From an uncultured Acidobacteriota bacterium (GTDB lineage: Bacteria > Acidobacteriota > UBA6911 > RPQK01 > JAPXNP01), in NCBI GenBank assembly GCA_963777605.1, contig CAVZRV010000013.1, positions 96,001-160,000 of the forward strand: a stretch of 64,000 nt of DNA, written 5' to 3'. Of this stretch, positions 21,798 through 31,521 are shown in pieces; position 1 is the first letter of the stretch, and the number at the start of each line of letters is the position of its first letter. The position numbers and the translations under genes were made by a program. The notes beneath the pieces are model-generated. The model did no database searches. It was given only the letters and a program-made list of their open reading frames with translations, and was not told where the DNA came from.

Positions 21798-21884
21798 GGA
21801 GATTTCCTTTCGTGGTCTATTCGTGGTTTATTATGCCACTAAGTAAGAGACGGTTCCCACGGCCGGGTAGGTTCAAACCTTACG

Positions 21885-23150
21885 TCACGGCCGGGCAGGG
21901 GGCGAAGGGTTGACGCGGGCGCCTTCTTCGAGGTCTCTCAACACCTGGAAAGGACCGGTGATGAGCTCCGTTCCCGGGTTGATCCCGTCCACTGAGATGT
22001 CGAGCCCGCCGATGATGCCCGCCTTGACCGGTTTGAAATGGGCGACTCCGCCTTCCGGAACAAAGACACCGGTCTGTTCGGTACCGTCCCGGTTTCGCAG
22101 GACGACCGACTGGAGGGGGACGACGACCGCGTCGGGGATTTCATCGGTGAGAATTTCGGCGTCGCAGGTCAATCCGGGCCGGAAACCGGGATCCGGGTTG
22201 TCGATCCGGATGACGACTTTAAATTCGCGGGCAGCCGCACCCAGGCCCACGTCGCTAAGGGCACTGGTTCCGACTTCAATCACCTCTCCACCGAACTTCT
22301 GGTCGGGCACCGCATCCAGTGTCACGGTCGCTTTCTGGCCCAGTTTGATTCTGAGTATGTCGGCTTCGGCCACTTTGACTTCGGCGTTGACGCCGCTCAG
22401 GTCCGAGATGGTCATGAGAGTGGTTCCGGGTTGGTTCTGGATTCCAATGACAACCATTTCGCCAAGGCGCACCCGGAGCCGGCTGACAATCCCGGACATC
22501 GGGGAGCGGACCTCGGTCTTGGAGAAGGTGTCGGCAGCCCGGGTGAGCTGCGCTTTCGACTGGAGCAATCGCTCGCGGGCCGCGTTGACCACGCTACCGG
22601 ATCGATCCAGATCGGCCATCGCCGCATCCAGATCGGCTGCTGCCGCGTCGCGATTGACAGTGGCCTGGTCGAGATCGGCCTTCGAGGAAACACCCTTGGA
22701 GTAAAGTGTCTGAGTCCGATCCAGCGTGAGTTGGCGGTCCTTCAAAACGGCTTGGGTACGGGCCACCTGGGACTGGGAGACCTGTACCTGCCTCTCGGCC
22801 GACTCGACGTCCGCGCTGAGGGCCTTGACCTGCTTGTCCGCGGCATCCTTCTCGGCAGCGGCCTGGATCGGGTCGATGCGTGCCAGCAGGTCACCCCGCC
22901 GAACCGGTTGCCCCTCCTGAACCGGCAGATCGACGATCTTTCCCATGATGCTGGAGCCAATGTCGGCGTATCTCGTGGCGACGATCTCTCCTGAGGCTGT
23001 GACGTAAGAACGGAATACCTCGCGCCGGGCTACCGCCTCGACATCGACGGCGACTCCCTTCTCTTCGCGTTGGGAAACCAGTCGATAGGTCACCGCGGCG
23101 ATAGCGAGCAGAACCAGGAAGACCAGTAGACGACGAACTATTCGGCTCAA
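21885..23150 (-). CDS. Efflux periplasmic adaptor subunit (MacA/HlyD family)
   Basis: N-terminal TM; VTASGEI, VQEGQPVRRGDLLARID, coiled coil, RSPMSGIV, EADI and VVVPLQSV. Confidence 0.9.
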   Translation of the reverse strand: MSRIVRRLLVFLVLLAIAAVTYRLVSQREEKGVAVDVEAVARREVFRSYVTASGEIVATRYADIGSSIMGKIVDLPVQEGQPVRRGDLLARIDPIQAAAEKDAADKQVKALSADVESAERQVQVSQSQVARTQAVLKDRQLTLDRTQTLYSKGVSSKADLDQATVNRDAAAADLDAAMADLDRSGSVVNAARERLLQSKAQLTRAADTFSKTEVRSPMSGIVSRLRVRLGEMVVIGIQNQPGTTLMTISDLSGVNAEVKVAEADILRIKLGQKATVTLDAVPDQKFGGEVIEVGTSALSDVGLGAAAREFKVVIRIDNPDPGFRPGLTCDAEILTDEIPDAVVVPLQSVVLRNRDGTEQTGVFVPEGGVAHFKPVKAGIIGGLDISVDGINPGTELITGPFQVLRDLEEGARVNPSPPARP

Positions 23151-23318
23151 TCCGCTAACTCCTTGTTGTCAAACATTTTCACAAACCGAGGTGAAGATGC
23201 AACCCGCTCCCGAAGTCGGCCGGTCAACCTGACTGAACGTGCAGGAAGCCGCCGGTCAGCCGGGCAACTTTCCCGACGTGATCGAAGCCACGGAAGATTC
23301 GGGAGATAATACGCAAGA

Positions 23319-24569
23319 ATGGCGGACAGGACGCGAATAATTCGGGCAGTTTCGGACACTCTGGCGGTTTCCTTCCGGAGCGCCTTCACTCATCCGCTTC
23401 GGACCGGGCTGTCGAGCCTCGCGATTGCGGTGGCGGTCGCGACCGTTGCGGTCGTCAACACCGGTCTCGAAGGCTTCGGGCGGTTCGCGCGGGAAACCAG
23501 CGCCAAGACGTTTGGGACCGACAGCTTCGTTGTGGTCCAGGTTGTCACGGGCGATCTCAGCCGGAAAGAACTGGTGGAGAAGCTGCGACGAAACCCGCCG
23601 GTCCGCCGCGACGACGTTCGCTTTCTGGAACGTTTCGCCGAAGGTGACGTGATCTATTCTCCGGTTGCGCAGCGGAGGGCCGATGTGGTCTACCGGTCCC
23701 GCAAGGCTGAAGAGGTCTCTGTCAACGGAGTGGGTGCCGACATGTTTCGCATTCGGGACCTGGGAATCTCGAGAGGGCGTTTCTTTGAGGCTTCTGAAGA
23801 CCTGTCGGGAGCCCAGGTCGTGGTCCTGGGGGCGGAAATCGTAGACGAGTTGTTCCCGGCGGGCGACCCGCTGGGGAAGACCGTTCGGCTGGGTGGGCGA
23901 GGGTTCAGGGTGATCGGGTTGCAGGAACGCCAGGGGACAACGGTTGGGGTGTCGCTCGATCGGTACGCCTGGATCCCGATCCGGGCCTACGAGCGGATTT
24001 ACCCGGTACCGGATTCCCTGCAGGTTTTTGCCCGGCCTGCCGACGGTGACTCGACTCAGGTAGCGGAAGACCGGGCTCGGGTCACGATGCGGGCGCGCAG
24101 ACAGCTGAGACCCGGGGCTGAGGCGAATTTCGACATCCTGACACCCGAGGCGTCGCGGGGATTTGTCTTCGAAATATCCCAGCGGATCAGCATGGCTGGC
24201 GGACCGATCTCGGCGGCGGCGCTTTTGGCCGCGATCGTGGTGGTCACCAATACGATGTTGGTTTCGATAACCGAAAAGACCCGGGAAATTGGGATTCGAA
24301 GGGCCATCGGAGCAACCCGGAGCCGAATCATCGGCGAGGTCCTGGCCGAGTCCGCCCAGGTCGCGCTTTTGGGCGGGGGCCTGGGAATTCTGGTTTCGCA
24401 GGCGGCGCTTACGCTGGGCGGCCGGCTCCTCGGCTTCGGGTTGCCTCTTTCGGCTGAAACGCTCGGCTGGAGCCTGGCGGCTGCCGGATTGAGCGGGGTG
24501 GTTGCCGGAATCTACCCGGCACGAAGAGCTGCCCGGGTCGAGGTGATACAGGCTCTGAGAATTGAATAG
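23319..24569 (+). CDS. ABC transporter permease (MacB/FtsX family)
   Basis: LRTGLSSLAIAVAV, GRFF, NTMLVSITEKTREIGIRRAIGA and GIYPARRAARV. Confidence 0.9.
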   Translation: MADRTRIIRAVSDTLAVSFRSAFTHPLRTGLSSLAIAVAVATVAVVNTGLEGFGRFARETSAKTFGTDSFVVVQVVTGDLSRKELVEKLRRNPPVRRDDVRFLERFAEGDVIYSPVAQRRADVVYRSRKAEEVSVNGVGADMFRIRDLGISRGRFFEASEDLSGAQVVVLGAEIVDELFPAGDPLGKTVRLGGRGFRVIGLQERQGTTVGVSLDRYAWIPIRAYERIYPVPDSLQVFARPADGDSTQVAEDRARVTMRARRQLRPGAEANFDILTPEASRGFVFEISQRISMAGGPISAAALLAAIVVVTNTMLVSITEKTREIGIRRAIGATRSRIIGEVLAESAQVALLGGGLGILVSQAALTLGGRLLGFGLPLSAETLGWSLAAAGLSGVVAGIYPARRAARVEVIQALRIE

Positions 24570-24587
24570 GAGTAAGGCAATCCGATA

Positions 24588-25868
24588 ATGCGCGCTCTGG
24601 CGAAATGGATCCGGCGATGGGTTCTGGCTCTCTTCGAGGCCGTTCGGCTTTCGGTCGAGTCGGTCTGGGCTAACCGTCTTCGCTCGGCACTGGCCATCTC
24701 GGGTGTGGTTATTGGTATCGTGACCGTCGTGCTGGTGGCCTCCGTTCTCTCCAACCTGCGTGACCAGATTGCTCTGCTCTTCCGTGAGCTGGGCACGGAC
24801 AATGTTTTTGCCTATCACCTGACCGGTGATCCCTACCAGCCGCCGACCGAGCAGGAGATCGGCCGGAAGCCGCTCAAGCCGGAGTTTGCCGGGGACCTGA
24901 TTCGTCTCGGCACTTCGATTCGCACGGTGTCGGTGCAGATCCTTGTCCCCAACATCGTCAACGGGGTCGCCGTGACGGCGCGGGCGGGGGGCAACGAATC
25001 CGACAGCGTCCTGGTCGAAGGCGTTTCTTCCAATTTCTTCGACGTGGTTGGCGCCGAGTTCAGCAGTGGCCGGCCGTTTACCGAGTTGGAGGATCGATCG
25101 GGTGCCCGCGTTGCGGTTCTGGGTCCCTCCATTGCCCGGGCCCTCTTCGGCAAGCGGTCGGCAGTCGGGCGTTCCCTGGTGCTGACTGGAGACACCTATT
25201 TCGTGGTGGGGGAGCTGGCTCGAAGGCGAGGAGGCTTCTTCGGCGAAAACCGGCAGGACAGCGTCCTGGCGATTCCTGCGGGTACCGCCCGGAAACGGTT
25301 CTCCGATGCGGATCGGACGGTGCTCTACATACAGGCGAAACCGGGGCGGCTCAACGAAGCCCGTGACGAGGCTGAGTTCATTCTTCGCCGGCTGCGGGGC
25401 CTGGGTCCGAGGCAGGCGGATGACTTTAACCTCTCCACCGCGGAGTCGATCATTCGTTCGTTCGACGAGTTGAGCGCCCGGATCGGGCTGGCGACGATTG
25501 CCCTGGCGGGCCTGAGCCTGCTGATCGGGGGAATCGGGATTGCCAACGTGATGGTGATCTCAGTGACCGAACGTACCAGGGAGATCGGCGTGCGTCTGGC
25601 GATCGGGGCCCGCAGAATCGAGGTTCTGACCCAGTTCTTGATCGAGTCGGGAATCCTCTCGGTGATCGGGGGAATCGCCGGCGTCTCGGTCTCCCTTCTC
25701 ATCGGCCTTGCCCTGAAATATGTTTTGCAAGGCTTCTCGGCGGTCCCTCCGCTGTGGGCCGTCTTATCGGGTGTCGCGGCGTCTTTTGGTGTCGGTGTAA
25801 TTGCCGGGTTCTGGCCCGCTCGCCGAGCCGCCGCCCTGGACCCGGTGGATGCCCTGCGGCACGAGTAG
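24588..25868 (+). CDS. ABC transporter permease (MacB/FtsX family)
   Basis: NRLRSALAISGVVIG, GGIGIANVMVISVTERTREIGVRLAIGA and PARRAAALDPVDALRHE. Confidence 0.92.
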   Translation: MRALAKWIRRWVLALFEAVRLSVESVWANRLRSALAISGVVIGIVTVVLVASVLSNLRDQIALLFRELGTDNVFAYHLTGDPYQPPTEQEIGRKPLKPEFAGDLIRLGTSIRTVSVQILVPNIVNGVAVTARAGGNESDSVLVEGVSSNFFDVVGAEFSSGRPFTELEDRSGARVAVLGPSIARALFGKRSAVGRSLVLTGDTYFVVGELARRRGGFFGENRQDSVLAIPAGTARKRFSDADRTVLYIQAKPGRLNEARDEAEFILRRLRGLGPRQADDFNLSTAESIIRSFDELSARIGLATIALAGLSLLIGGIGIANVMVISVTERTREIGVRLAIGARRIEVLTQFLIESGILSVIGGIAGVSVSLLIGLALKYVLQGFSAVPPLWAVLSGVAASFGVGVIAGFWPARRAAALDPVDALRHE

Positions 25869-25970
25869 CGTTTCAAATCTCACCGCCGCTCGTGCGCACG
25901 ACTCCCATGTCCTACAAGTCGTAAAGGTCGCATGAGTCTCATGGGCTCGTGATGATCAATAAAGGGCCCC

Positions 25971-26267
25971 TCACGACTCCGAGCGAACTTTCTCGAGCTC
26001 CTTCTCCAGGGCCCTCTCGAAGCGCTGCTTCTCGTCGCCCAGGATTTTCCGGGCCTGCTCGGCTGCTTCGGGCTCGCCTGACAGGAGAGCTTTGCGAACC
26101 TTGGTTTGGGTGGCGATTTCGAGTTCCGCGGCCTTGGCGCTGTAACGAGAGCGGATGTCGGCAATCCGAGCCTTCTGGTCGTCGGTCAATTGCCGAGGGC
26201 TCGTTCCCTCCGCACGATCGAGTTTCTCCATTGCCAGGTCCAAAGCCGATTTCAGTTCGTCGCTCAT
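25971..26267 (-). CDS. Small conserved coiled-coil hypothetical protein
   Basis: MSDELKSALDLAMEKL...LTDDQKARIADIRSRYSAK pattern; upstream GGAGG. Confidence 0.65.
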   Translation of the reverse strand: MSDELKSALDLAMEKLDRAEGTSPRQLTDDQKARIADIRSRYSAKAAELEIATQTKVRKALLSGEPEAAEQARKILGDEKQRFERALEKELEKVRSES

Positions 26268-26393
26268 CCAGTCAACCTCCACCCACCATCATAACGTAAG
26301 CTCCATATCACCAGTCAGCTCGATTCCTCGATACCACAAAGATCACTCAACGAGTGACCCGGTCAACTCAATTCAAGAATCACAAATCAAACA

Positions 26394-27512
26394 TCACAGA
26401 TGTTCTTCGACTTGCTGCCGTCCTTCGAGAAGCTCGAATTCAAGCCTGAACTCCCGGGTCTCACCTGGTTCGAGGACCGGAACACGTCCCGCCTTCCGTT
26501 CGTGGTTCCGGTTGTGTGGAAACCCCGTCGACGGTTCCAGGCCGGTCACGTAGCCGTCCTCTTCCGCGGCCAAATTCTTCCACAGGCTGAAATAGGGAAG
26601 TTGGTTGGCTGGATAGCGAAGGAGGATTCCCCGGTCACCTCCGGGCGAGGCGAGCAGTACTGCTGCCAAACCCCGGCTGTCGGCCTGGGGCCGCATGCAG
26701 TAGACCTGTTCGACAAACCCGGCCTGGGGTCCCGGGTAGAAATCGTAGGTGTCGAGATTCTCTGCCGCCCTCGCATTGATCGGCTCGACCTCGGAAACAG
26801 CCCCGTAGAAGCGGGATCCGTCACCCAGAAGTGGCTTGCCGACATTAATGTGATAGAGCAATTGAAACTCCTGCTTCTGGGCCGAGCGATTGGTGATCCG
26901 GTCGTGGACGACGAACCGGGACGAACCGACCTCAGTTCCAATTTCGCTGGTCAGTTCGAAATTGGGCCCGAAGAGCATGGTCTCCTCAACGATCCCGCAC
27001 AGTCGGAGACGATGGGGTGCTTCCCGGTCTGCCTCGAACCAGACGTCGGAGGCCGGAATGTTGGCGATCTTCCCGTGGAGAGTCAGGTTCATCTCCGCCT
27101 GGTCTCCCATGTTATTGACGAACTGATCCAGCCCTGGGGCACCCGCCCACTCCAGTCCGCAGCGAACCAGCCATTCGTTGAAACCTTCCAGCCATCCGAG
27201 ACCACCGCGGGACTCCAGGTTGACGTGCCGGGGATGAACGACCTGGCGGACCGGCGAATGCCACCCCAGCCGAAAGTCGCCCATCGTCACGTCGAGTATT
27301 CCCATGCCGCGGGTGGGAATTACTCGGATGTTGAGCCGGCCGTTGTCGAGGGTGACCAGATCGACCCCGTCCTGCTTGCCGCCTGTGAGGCGATTCATTT
27401 CGACCGACCAGGGAAGCCGGGCTGAACTCGACATCTCGTAAGAGGTCAGTTTGCCGTGAGGAATCGTTTCCTCTCCACGCGAACCAATCAAACAGTGACG
27501 TTTACGCTGCAT
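26394..27512 (-). CDS. Aldose 1-epimerase-like DUF4432 family protein
   Basis: GGKQDGVDLV, PTRGMGI, LVRCGLEWAG, LHGKIANIPA, LYHIN and GYVTGLEPST. Confidence 0.85.
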   Translation of the reverse strand: MQRKRHCLIGSRGEETIPHGKLTSYEMSSSARLPWSVEMNRLTGGKQDGVDLVTLDNGRLNIRVIPTRGMGILDVTMGDFRLGWHSPVRQVVHPRHVNLESRGGLGWLEGFNEWLVRCGLEWAGAPGLDQFVNNMGDQAEMNLTLHGKIANIPASDVWFEADREAPHRLRLCGIVEETMLFGPNFELTSEIGTEVGSSRFVVHDRITNRSAQKQEFQLLYHINVGKPLLGDGSRFYGAVSEVEPINARAAENLDTYDFYPGPQAGFVEQVYCMRPQADSRGLAAVLLASPGGDRGILLRYPANQLPYFSLWKNLAAEEDGYVTGLEPSTGFPHNRNHERKAGRVPVLEPGETREFRLEFELLEGRQQVEEHL

Positions 27513-27517
27513 AATTT

Positions 27518-27548
27518 CCTGTCTCCTGTCTCCTGTCTCCGGTCTCTA
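27518..27548. repeat. Heptamer tandem repeat (TCCTGTC)n
   Basis: tcctgtc tcctgtc tcctgtc tccggtc. Confidence 0.65.
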
Positions 27549-27553
27549 GCCCT

Positions 27554-28597
27554 TCACCAAACTCTCAGTCCCTGCCGTGACAGGTAGATCGGAAGGATCG
27601 AGTACGAGCGCCCGTGGATTTCCTTCAACATCCGGCGCTTCTTGGTCATGTCCCCGTCAGAGAGGATGGTCAGCGATCCCCCGTCTCCCCCCGCCCCGTT
27701 GACCTTGCAGCCGAGAGCCGCGAAATCGCTTGCGATCTCCATGAGTTCCTCGAACTGATGGCAGACCAGGCCGGGGTGAAGGCTCCGCTGCATTTCGGTG
27801 TTTCGATTCATAGTCTCCCCGAGTCGTTCGAAGTCGGCCTCATAGACCGCGTCCTTGGCCTCGTGGGCCAAGCGGCGCAACTCAATCAGCACGGGGTTGT
27901 CCCGGGCATCGTCTCCGAGTCGCTCGATCACCTTGCGATGAATGTCGCTCGAGTTGTGGGGGCTTCCGATGAAAATGACCGACAGGCGGTTCTCCAGTTC
28001 CCACCAGACCGGATTGGCGATCTGGATGCTCGACACGCTGGCCCTGGGATACTCGTACATCTCGATGAAATTGATGCCGCCGTAGGCACTGGCCAGTTGA
28101 TCCTGGATCCCTGACTGAAGATTGAGCTTGTCGGTCTCGATCGAGTGTGCCATCGCGGCGACCTCGTGGGGAGTCAGACGGCCCCGGGTGAGCCGGTCGA
28201 GGGCGCCGATCAGCGCCACCGAGACCGCCGCGGAGGTTCCCGTCGAGGCTCCCGGAGGAGCGTCCGAGTAGACATTGAGCAAGAGCGAGAACTCGTCGGG
28301 CCAATCCATGACTTCGAGGGCGGCCTCGAGCAGGGGATGCTTGCCGTAGGCCAGCCGTTCGCGGTCAACGACATAGTCTTCCCCGTAGTTCTCGACTGAA
28401 ATGCGAATCGTGGACCGGTTCGAGAGTGGTTCCACTACTCGAAGTTGCACTTCCACGTAGGGGTAAACGGCAATGTTGAATACCGTTCCAGTACCGGCAA
28501 ACCAGGTGTCGGTCCACCCGCCAATGTCACAGACCCGGATGGGTGCTACCGCGTTGACCCGGGCACCCGCTTCAACTGCAAAATTCTGCTTGGCCAT
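27554..28597 (-). CDS. GHMP-family sugar kinase (HddA-like)
   Basis: APIRVCDIGGWTD, PPGASTGTSAA, SGIQDQLASAYGG and KVNGAGGDGG. Confidence 0.85.
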   Translation of the reverse strand: MAKQNFAVEAGARVNAVAPIRVCDIGGWTDTWFAGTGTVFNIAVYPYVEVQLRVVEPLSNRSTIRISVENYGEDYVVDRERLAYGKHPLLEAALEVMDWPDEFSLLLNVYSDAPPGASTGTSAAVSVALIGALDRLTRGRLTPHEVAAMAHSIETDKLNLQSGIQDQLASAYGGINFIEMYEYPRASVSSIQIANPVWWELENRLSVIFIGSPHNSSDIHRKVIERLGDDARDNPVLIELRRLAHEAKDAVYEADFERLGETMNRNTEMQRSLHPGLVCHQFEELMEIASDFAALGCKVNGAGGDGGSLTILSDGDMTKKRRMLKEIHGRSYSILPIYLSRQGLRVW

Positions 28598-28737
28598 CTA
28601 GAGATTGGATGCTAGATTCCTCGACGCCCACGGTCAAGTCGAACTGCTTGACCCAAAGCCCCTCGAAACTTACAATTTGACCGTCCAATCGGGCGGACCT
28701 GGCGGATCGGTCCCAACCCGTACCGTTAATTGAGGAA

Positions 28738-29337
28738 TTGGGATTGAGCTGGGAAGAACTGTTTGGGACATTATTCGGTGCCAAGCGGCCGGAGGTTTTT
28801 AATCTCGATTTGTCCGGCCGGGACCTGGTTGAGGTTCCTCCCGAGGTCTATCGCCTGGGGAGCCTCACCCAGTTGAACCTGCAGCGCAACCGGCTACAGA
28901 CAATTCCCGATGAACTACGATCCCTGGCTGACCTGATCAGCCTGGATCTGAGCTTCAATGAAATCGATGAACTTCCGAGGTCGTTCTTCGAGCTCCAGAA
29001 TCTGATCCAGCTTGATCTAAGTTACAATTCGATGGGGGCTCTACCGCAGGAAATCGAGCATCTGGGCAGTTTGGTCCAGCTGAACCTGAGCCATAATCGC
29101 TTGCGCGATTTACCCGATCAGGTGGGGTCGCTTCCCAATCTGGTGCAGTTGGACCTGAGTTTCAATCAACTCAGCCAGGCGCCGTCGGCCCTGTTTCAGT
29201 TGAAGAACCTGGTCCGACTCGACCTGGAAGGGAATAACTTGCCGTTGGATGAAGAACTTGTGGCCCGAAAAACGGAGCCGGGACTGATCCTTCGTGCCCT
29301 TAGCGGGAGCGCGGAGAATCGTTTGATGCGATCGTGA
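28738..29337 (+). CDS. Leucine-rich repeat protein (~6-7 repeats of 23 aa)
   Basis: Repeats LxxLxLSxNxLxxLPxxIxxLxx; TTG start after GAGG. Confidence 0.85.
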   Translation: MGLSWEELFGTLFGAKRPEVFNLDLSGRDLVEVPPEVYRLGSLTQLNLQRNRLQTIPDELRSLADLISLDLSFNEIDELPRSFFELQNLIQLDLSYNSMGALPQEIEHLGSLVQLNLSHNRLRDLPDQVGSLPNLVQLDLSFNQLSQAPSALFQLKNLVRLDLEGNNLPLDEELVARKTEPGLILRALSGSAENRLMRS

Positions 29338-29398
29338 CACTCGATTGAGATGTCGCAAGCCTCGACGAGAGTCCGAGCGAGGCATGGAGAGACAATAG

Positions 29399-30406
29399 AT
29401 GAAGAGGCTCGACAAAATGCTGGCAGCCAGGATGGCTGCTCGGGGGACGCTCAATTACAGCCTCAAGAGGCCCATTGCCGTTTCTTTCGAATTAACCCAT
29501 TCCTGCAGTTGCAACTGCCTTCATTGTGACCATGGAGGGCGCCTCAAGAAGGAACCACGCCTGACCGCGGATGACTATCACCGGCTCGAGCGGAAACTCA
29601 AGCCAGTCCTTCTCCAGTTGTCCGGTGGAGAGCCGACGCTGCGTGAAGACCTGCTCGAAATTGCCCGGGCCGTCAAGGAACCGTCCGGGATGCCTTACTT
29701 GATCGTGGTCAGTAATTCCAGCGACCTGACGGAAGACCTGTACTTGAAGTGTATCGAGGCTGGAGTCAACCAGTTCTCGATCTCCCTCGATTTTCCCGAC
29801 GAACGGCACGATGAGTTCCGTCGCCTCAAGGGGCTGTATAAGCACCTTTCCGAGTTGATCCCTCGTCTGCAGTCGCACGGGTACGGGAACATCGTCATGA
29901 ACACCGCGATCACGCGGTGGAATCTTCCTGTCCTGGAGGACTGCTACCGGAAGGCCCAGGAGTGGGGAGTGAGCATTTCCTACAGTGCGTACACCTCCAA
30001 GCGGACCGGGGAAGAGGATTACACGATTAAGAGCCCCCAGGACCTGGAACTTCTGCGCAAGACGATTGACCGGCTCCTCGAACTGAAGCGAAATAACGGT
30101 GCGATCGTTAATTCCGATTGGACCCTTTCGGGAACCTACGATTTCTACAAGAACGGAGAGGCCCCCGGGTGCAAGGCCGGCGAGCGCTACGTCGTCGTCA
30201 ATCCAGATGGAACCTACCGGGCCTGCTCCATGTTTGACCATAAGTACGAGACCATGGGGGAGATGAAGCGGGATTTCGTGAAGAACAACCATTGTGGGGA
30301 TTGCTACGTCTCGATTCGCGCCTACCTGAGCGAAGACTATTGGACGTTGCTGAGCCAGAACGTTCGCGAGCGAGTGTTCAAGCGCCAGGATTGTGGCTGC
30401 CATTAG
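29399..30406 (+). CDS. Radical SAM protein with C-terminal SPASM/twitch-like cysteines
   Basis: CSCNCLHC (CxxxCxxC), SGGEPTLR, ISLD, CKAG...NPDGTYRAC and CGDC. Confidence 0.85.
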   Translation: MKRLDKMLAARMAARGTLNYSLKRPIAVSFELTHSCSCNCLHCDHGGRLKKEPRLTADDYHRLERKLKPVLLQLSGGEPTLREDLLEIARAVKEPSGMPYLIVVSNSSDLTEDLYLKCIEAGVNQFSISLDFPDERHDEFRRLKGLYKHLSELIPRLQSHGYGNIVMNTAITRWNLPVLEDCYRKAQEWGVSISYSAYTSKRTGEEDYTIKSPQDLELLRKTIDRLLELKRNNGAIVNSDWTLSGTYDFYKNGEAPGCKAGERYVVVNPDGTYRACSMFDHKYETMGEMKRDFVKNNHCGDCYVSIRAYLSEDYWTLLSQNVRERVFKRQDCGCH

Positions 30407-30433
30407 TGCCTCCAGGAGCAAGGCCTGAATCCG

Positions 30434-31183
30434 ATGGCGAAGTGGTACCAGGGGTTCTTCGACGAACTGGTCCTGGATCTTTGGAGTCGGTCCAACTCAC
30501 CGGAACAGACTGCAGCCGAAGTCGAAATGATTCAGGACCTGTGTGGCTGCCGTCCGGGCTGCCGGATTCTGGATTTGGCCTGTGGAATGGGACGACACGC
30601 TCTGGGTCTTGCCCGGTTGGGTTGCGGCGTCACGGCAGTTGACCTCTCCGGCGATGCCCTGCGGGCGGTTCGTACGTCGGCCGAACGCGAGGACCTGGCG
30701 ATCCACACGGTTCAATGCGATCTCGCGGATCTCGAAGTGCCCGGTTCCTTTGACGGGAGTTGCCTCCTGGGAAACAGTTTTGGCTATCTTGATGCCGGAG
30801 CCACACTTGGTTTTTTTCAACGACTTGCGAACTGCCTCGAGCCGGGGGCGGGGTTCCTGCTCCACACGGGAATGGCTGCCGAGTGTCTCCTCCCCAACCT
30901 GGACGAGCGGAACTGGGTCCAAGTCGGAGGAGCGCATCTCTTGCTGGAGAACGAGTACCACAGTCGGGAAGGCTTTCTCGTTACCCGCTACACCATTCTC
31001 GACGGTAAGCGTCAGGAAGCCCGGGAGGCAAAGCATTATGTCTTTACGGTCTCGGAAATCGGGAGAATGCTCGATGCCTCCGGATTTGAAACGATCGCCC
31101 ACTTCGCCTCGAGTGAACAGGATGCCTTCGACGTTGGAGATCCCGAACTCTACCTGTTTGCCTGCCGCCGATCTGAAAGGTAG
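30434..31183 (+). CDS. Class I SAM-dependent methyltransferase
   Basis: ILDLACGMGRH, AVDLS, NSFGY and LEPGAGFLL. Confidence 0.9.
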   Translation: MAKWYQGFFDELVLDLWSRSNSPEQTAAEVEMIQDLCGCRPGCRILDLACGMGRHALGLARLGCGVTAVDLSGDALRAVRTSAEREDLAIHTVQCDLADLEVPGSFDGSCLLGNSFGYLDAGATLGFFQRLANCLEPGAGFLLHTGMAAECLLPNLDERNWVQVGGAHLLLENEYHSREGFLVTRYTILDGKRQEAREAKHYVFTVSEIGRMLDASGFETIAHFASSEQDAFDVGDPELYLFACRRSER

Positions 31184-31521
31184 CTGGAGCCGGTGATCAG
31201 GACTCCGAGGCCCACAATGGCGGTCAGGACCAGGAACAACGGGTCGTGGGTCGAGCGGTAATTCCAGATCAGGACAACCAGGATCACCAGCCGAACCAGC
31301 AGTGTCGTGGGGTAAAGCGGCTCCACCCGGTGCCGGATCACTTGGATCACGATGATGGCGAGTCCGAGCAGTAGCACGCCCGCCAGTCTGACCATGGCGA
31401 AATCGTAGTTCCCGGTTGAGAGGAACAGCTTGAGACTTGGCCCGGGAAAGAAGACGAGCCCGCCTCCCCCAAACAGCAAGTACAAGGCAAGGTAATAGAG
31501 GCTGAATCGTGTCCTGCTCAT
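31150..31521 (-). CDS. Small 4-TM membrane protein
   Basis: Four hydrophobic segments; start overlaps the upstream aminotransferase stop (ATGA). Confidence 0.7.
   Translation of the reverse strand: MSRTRFSLYYLALYLLFGGGGLVFFPGPSLKLFLSTGNYDFAMVRLAGVLLLGLAIIVIQVIRHRVEPLYPTTLLVRLVILVVLIWNYRSTHDPLFLVLTAIVGLGVLITGSSYLSDRRQANR

Noticed and set aside
25880-25950. Degenerate 9-bp periodic tract between convergent genes
   Set aside because: Too short and degenerate to define a unit or function.
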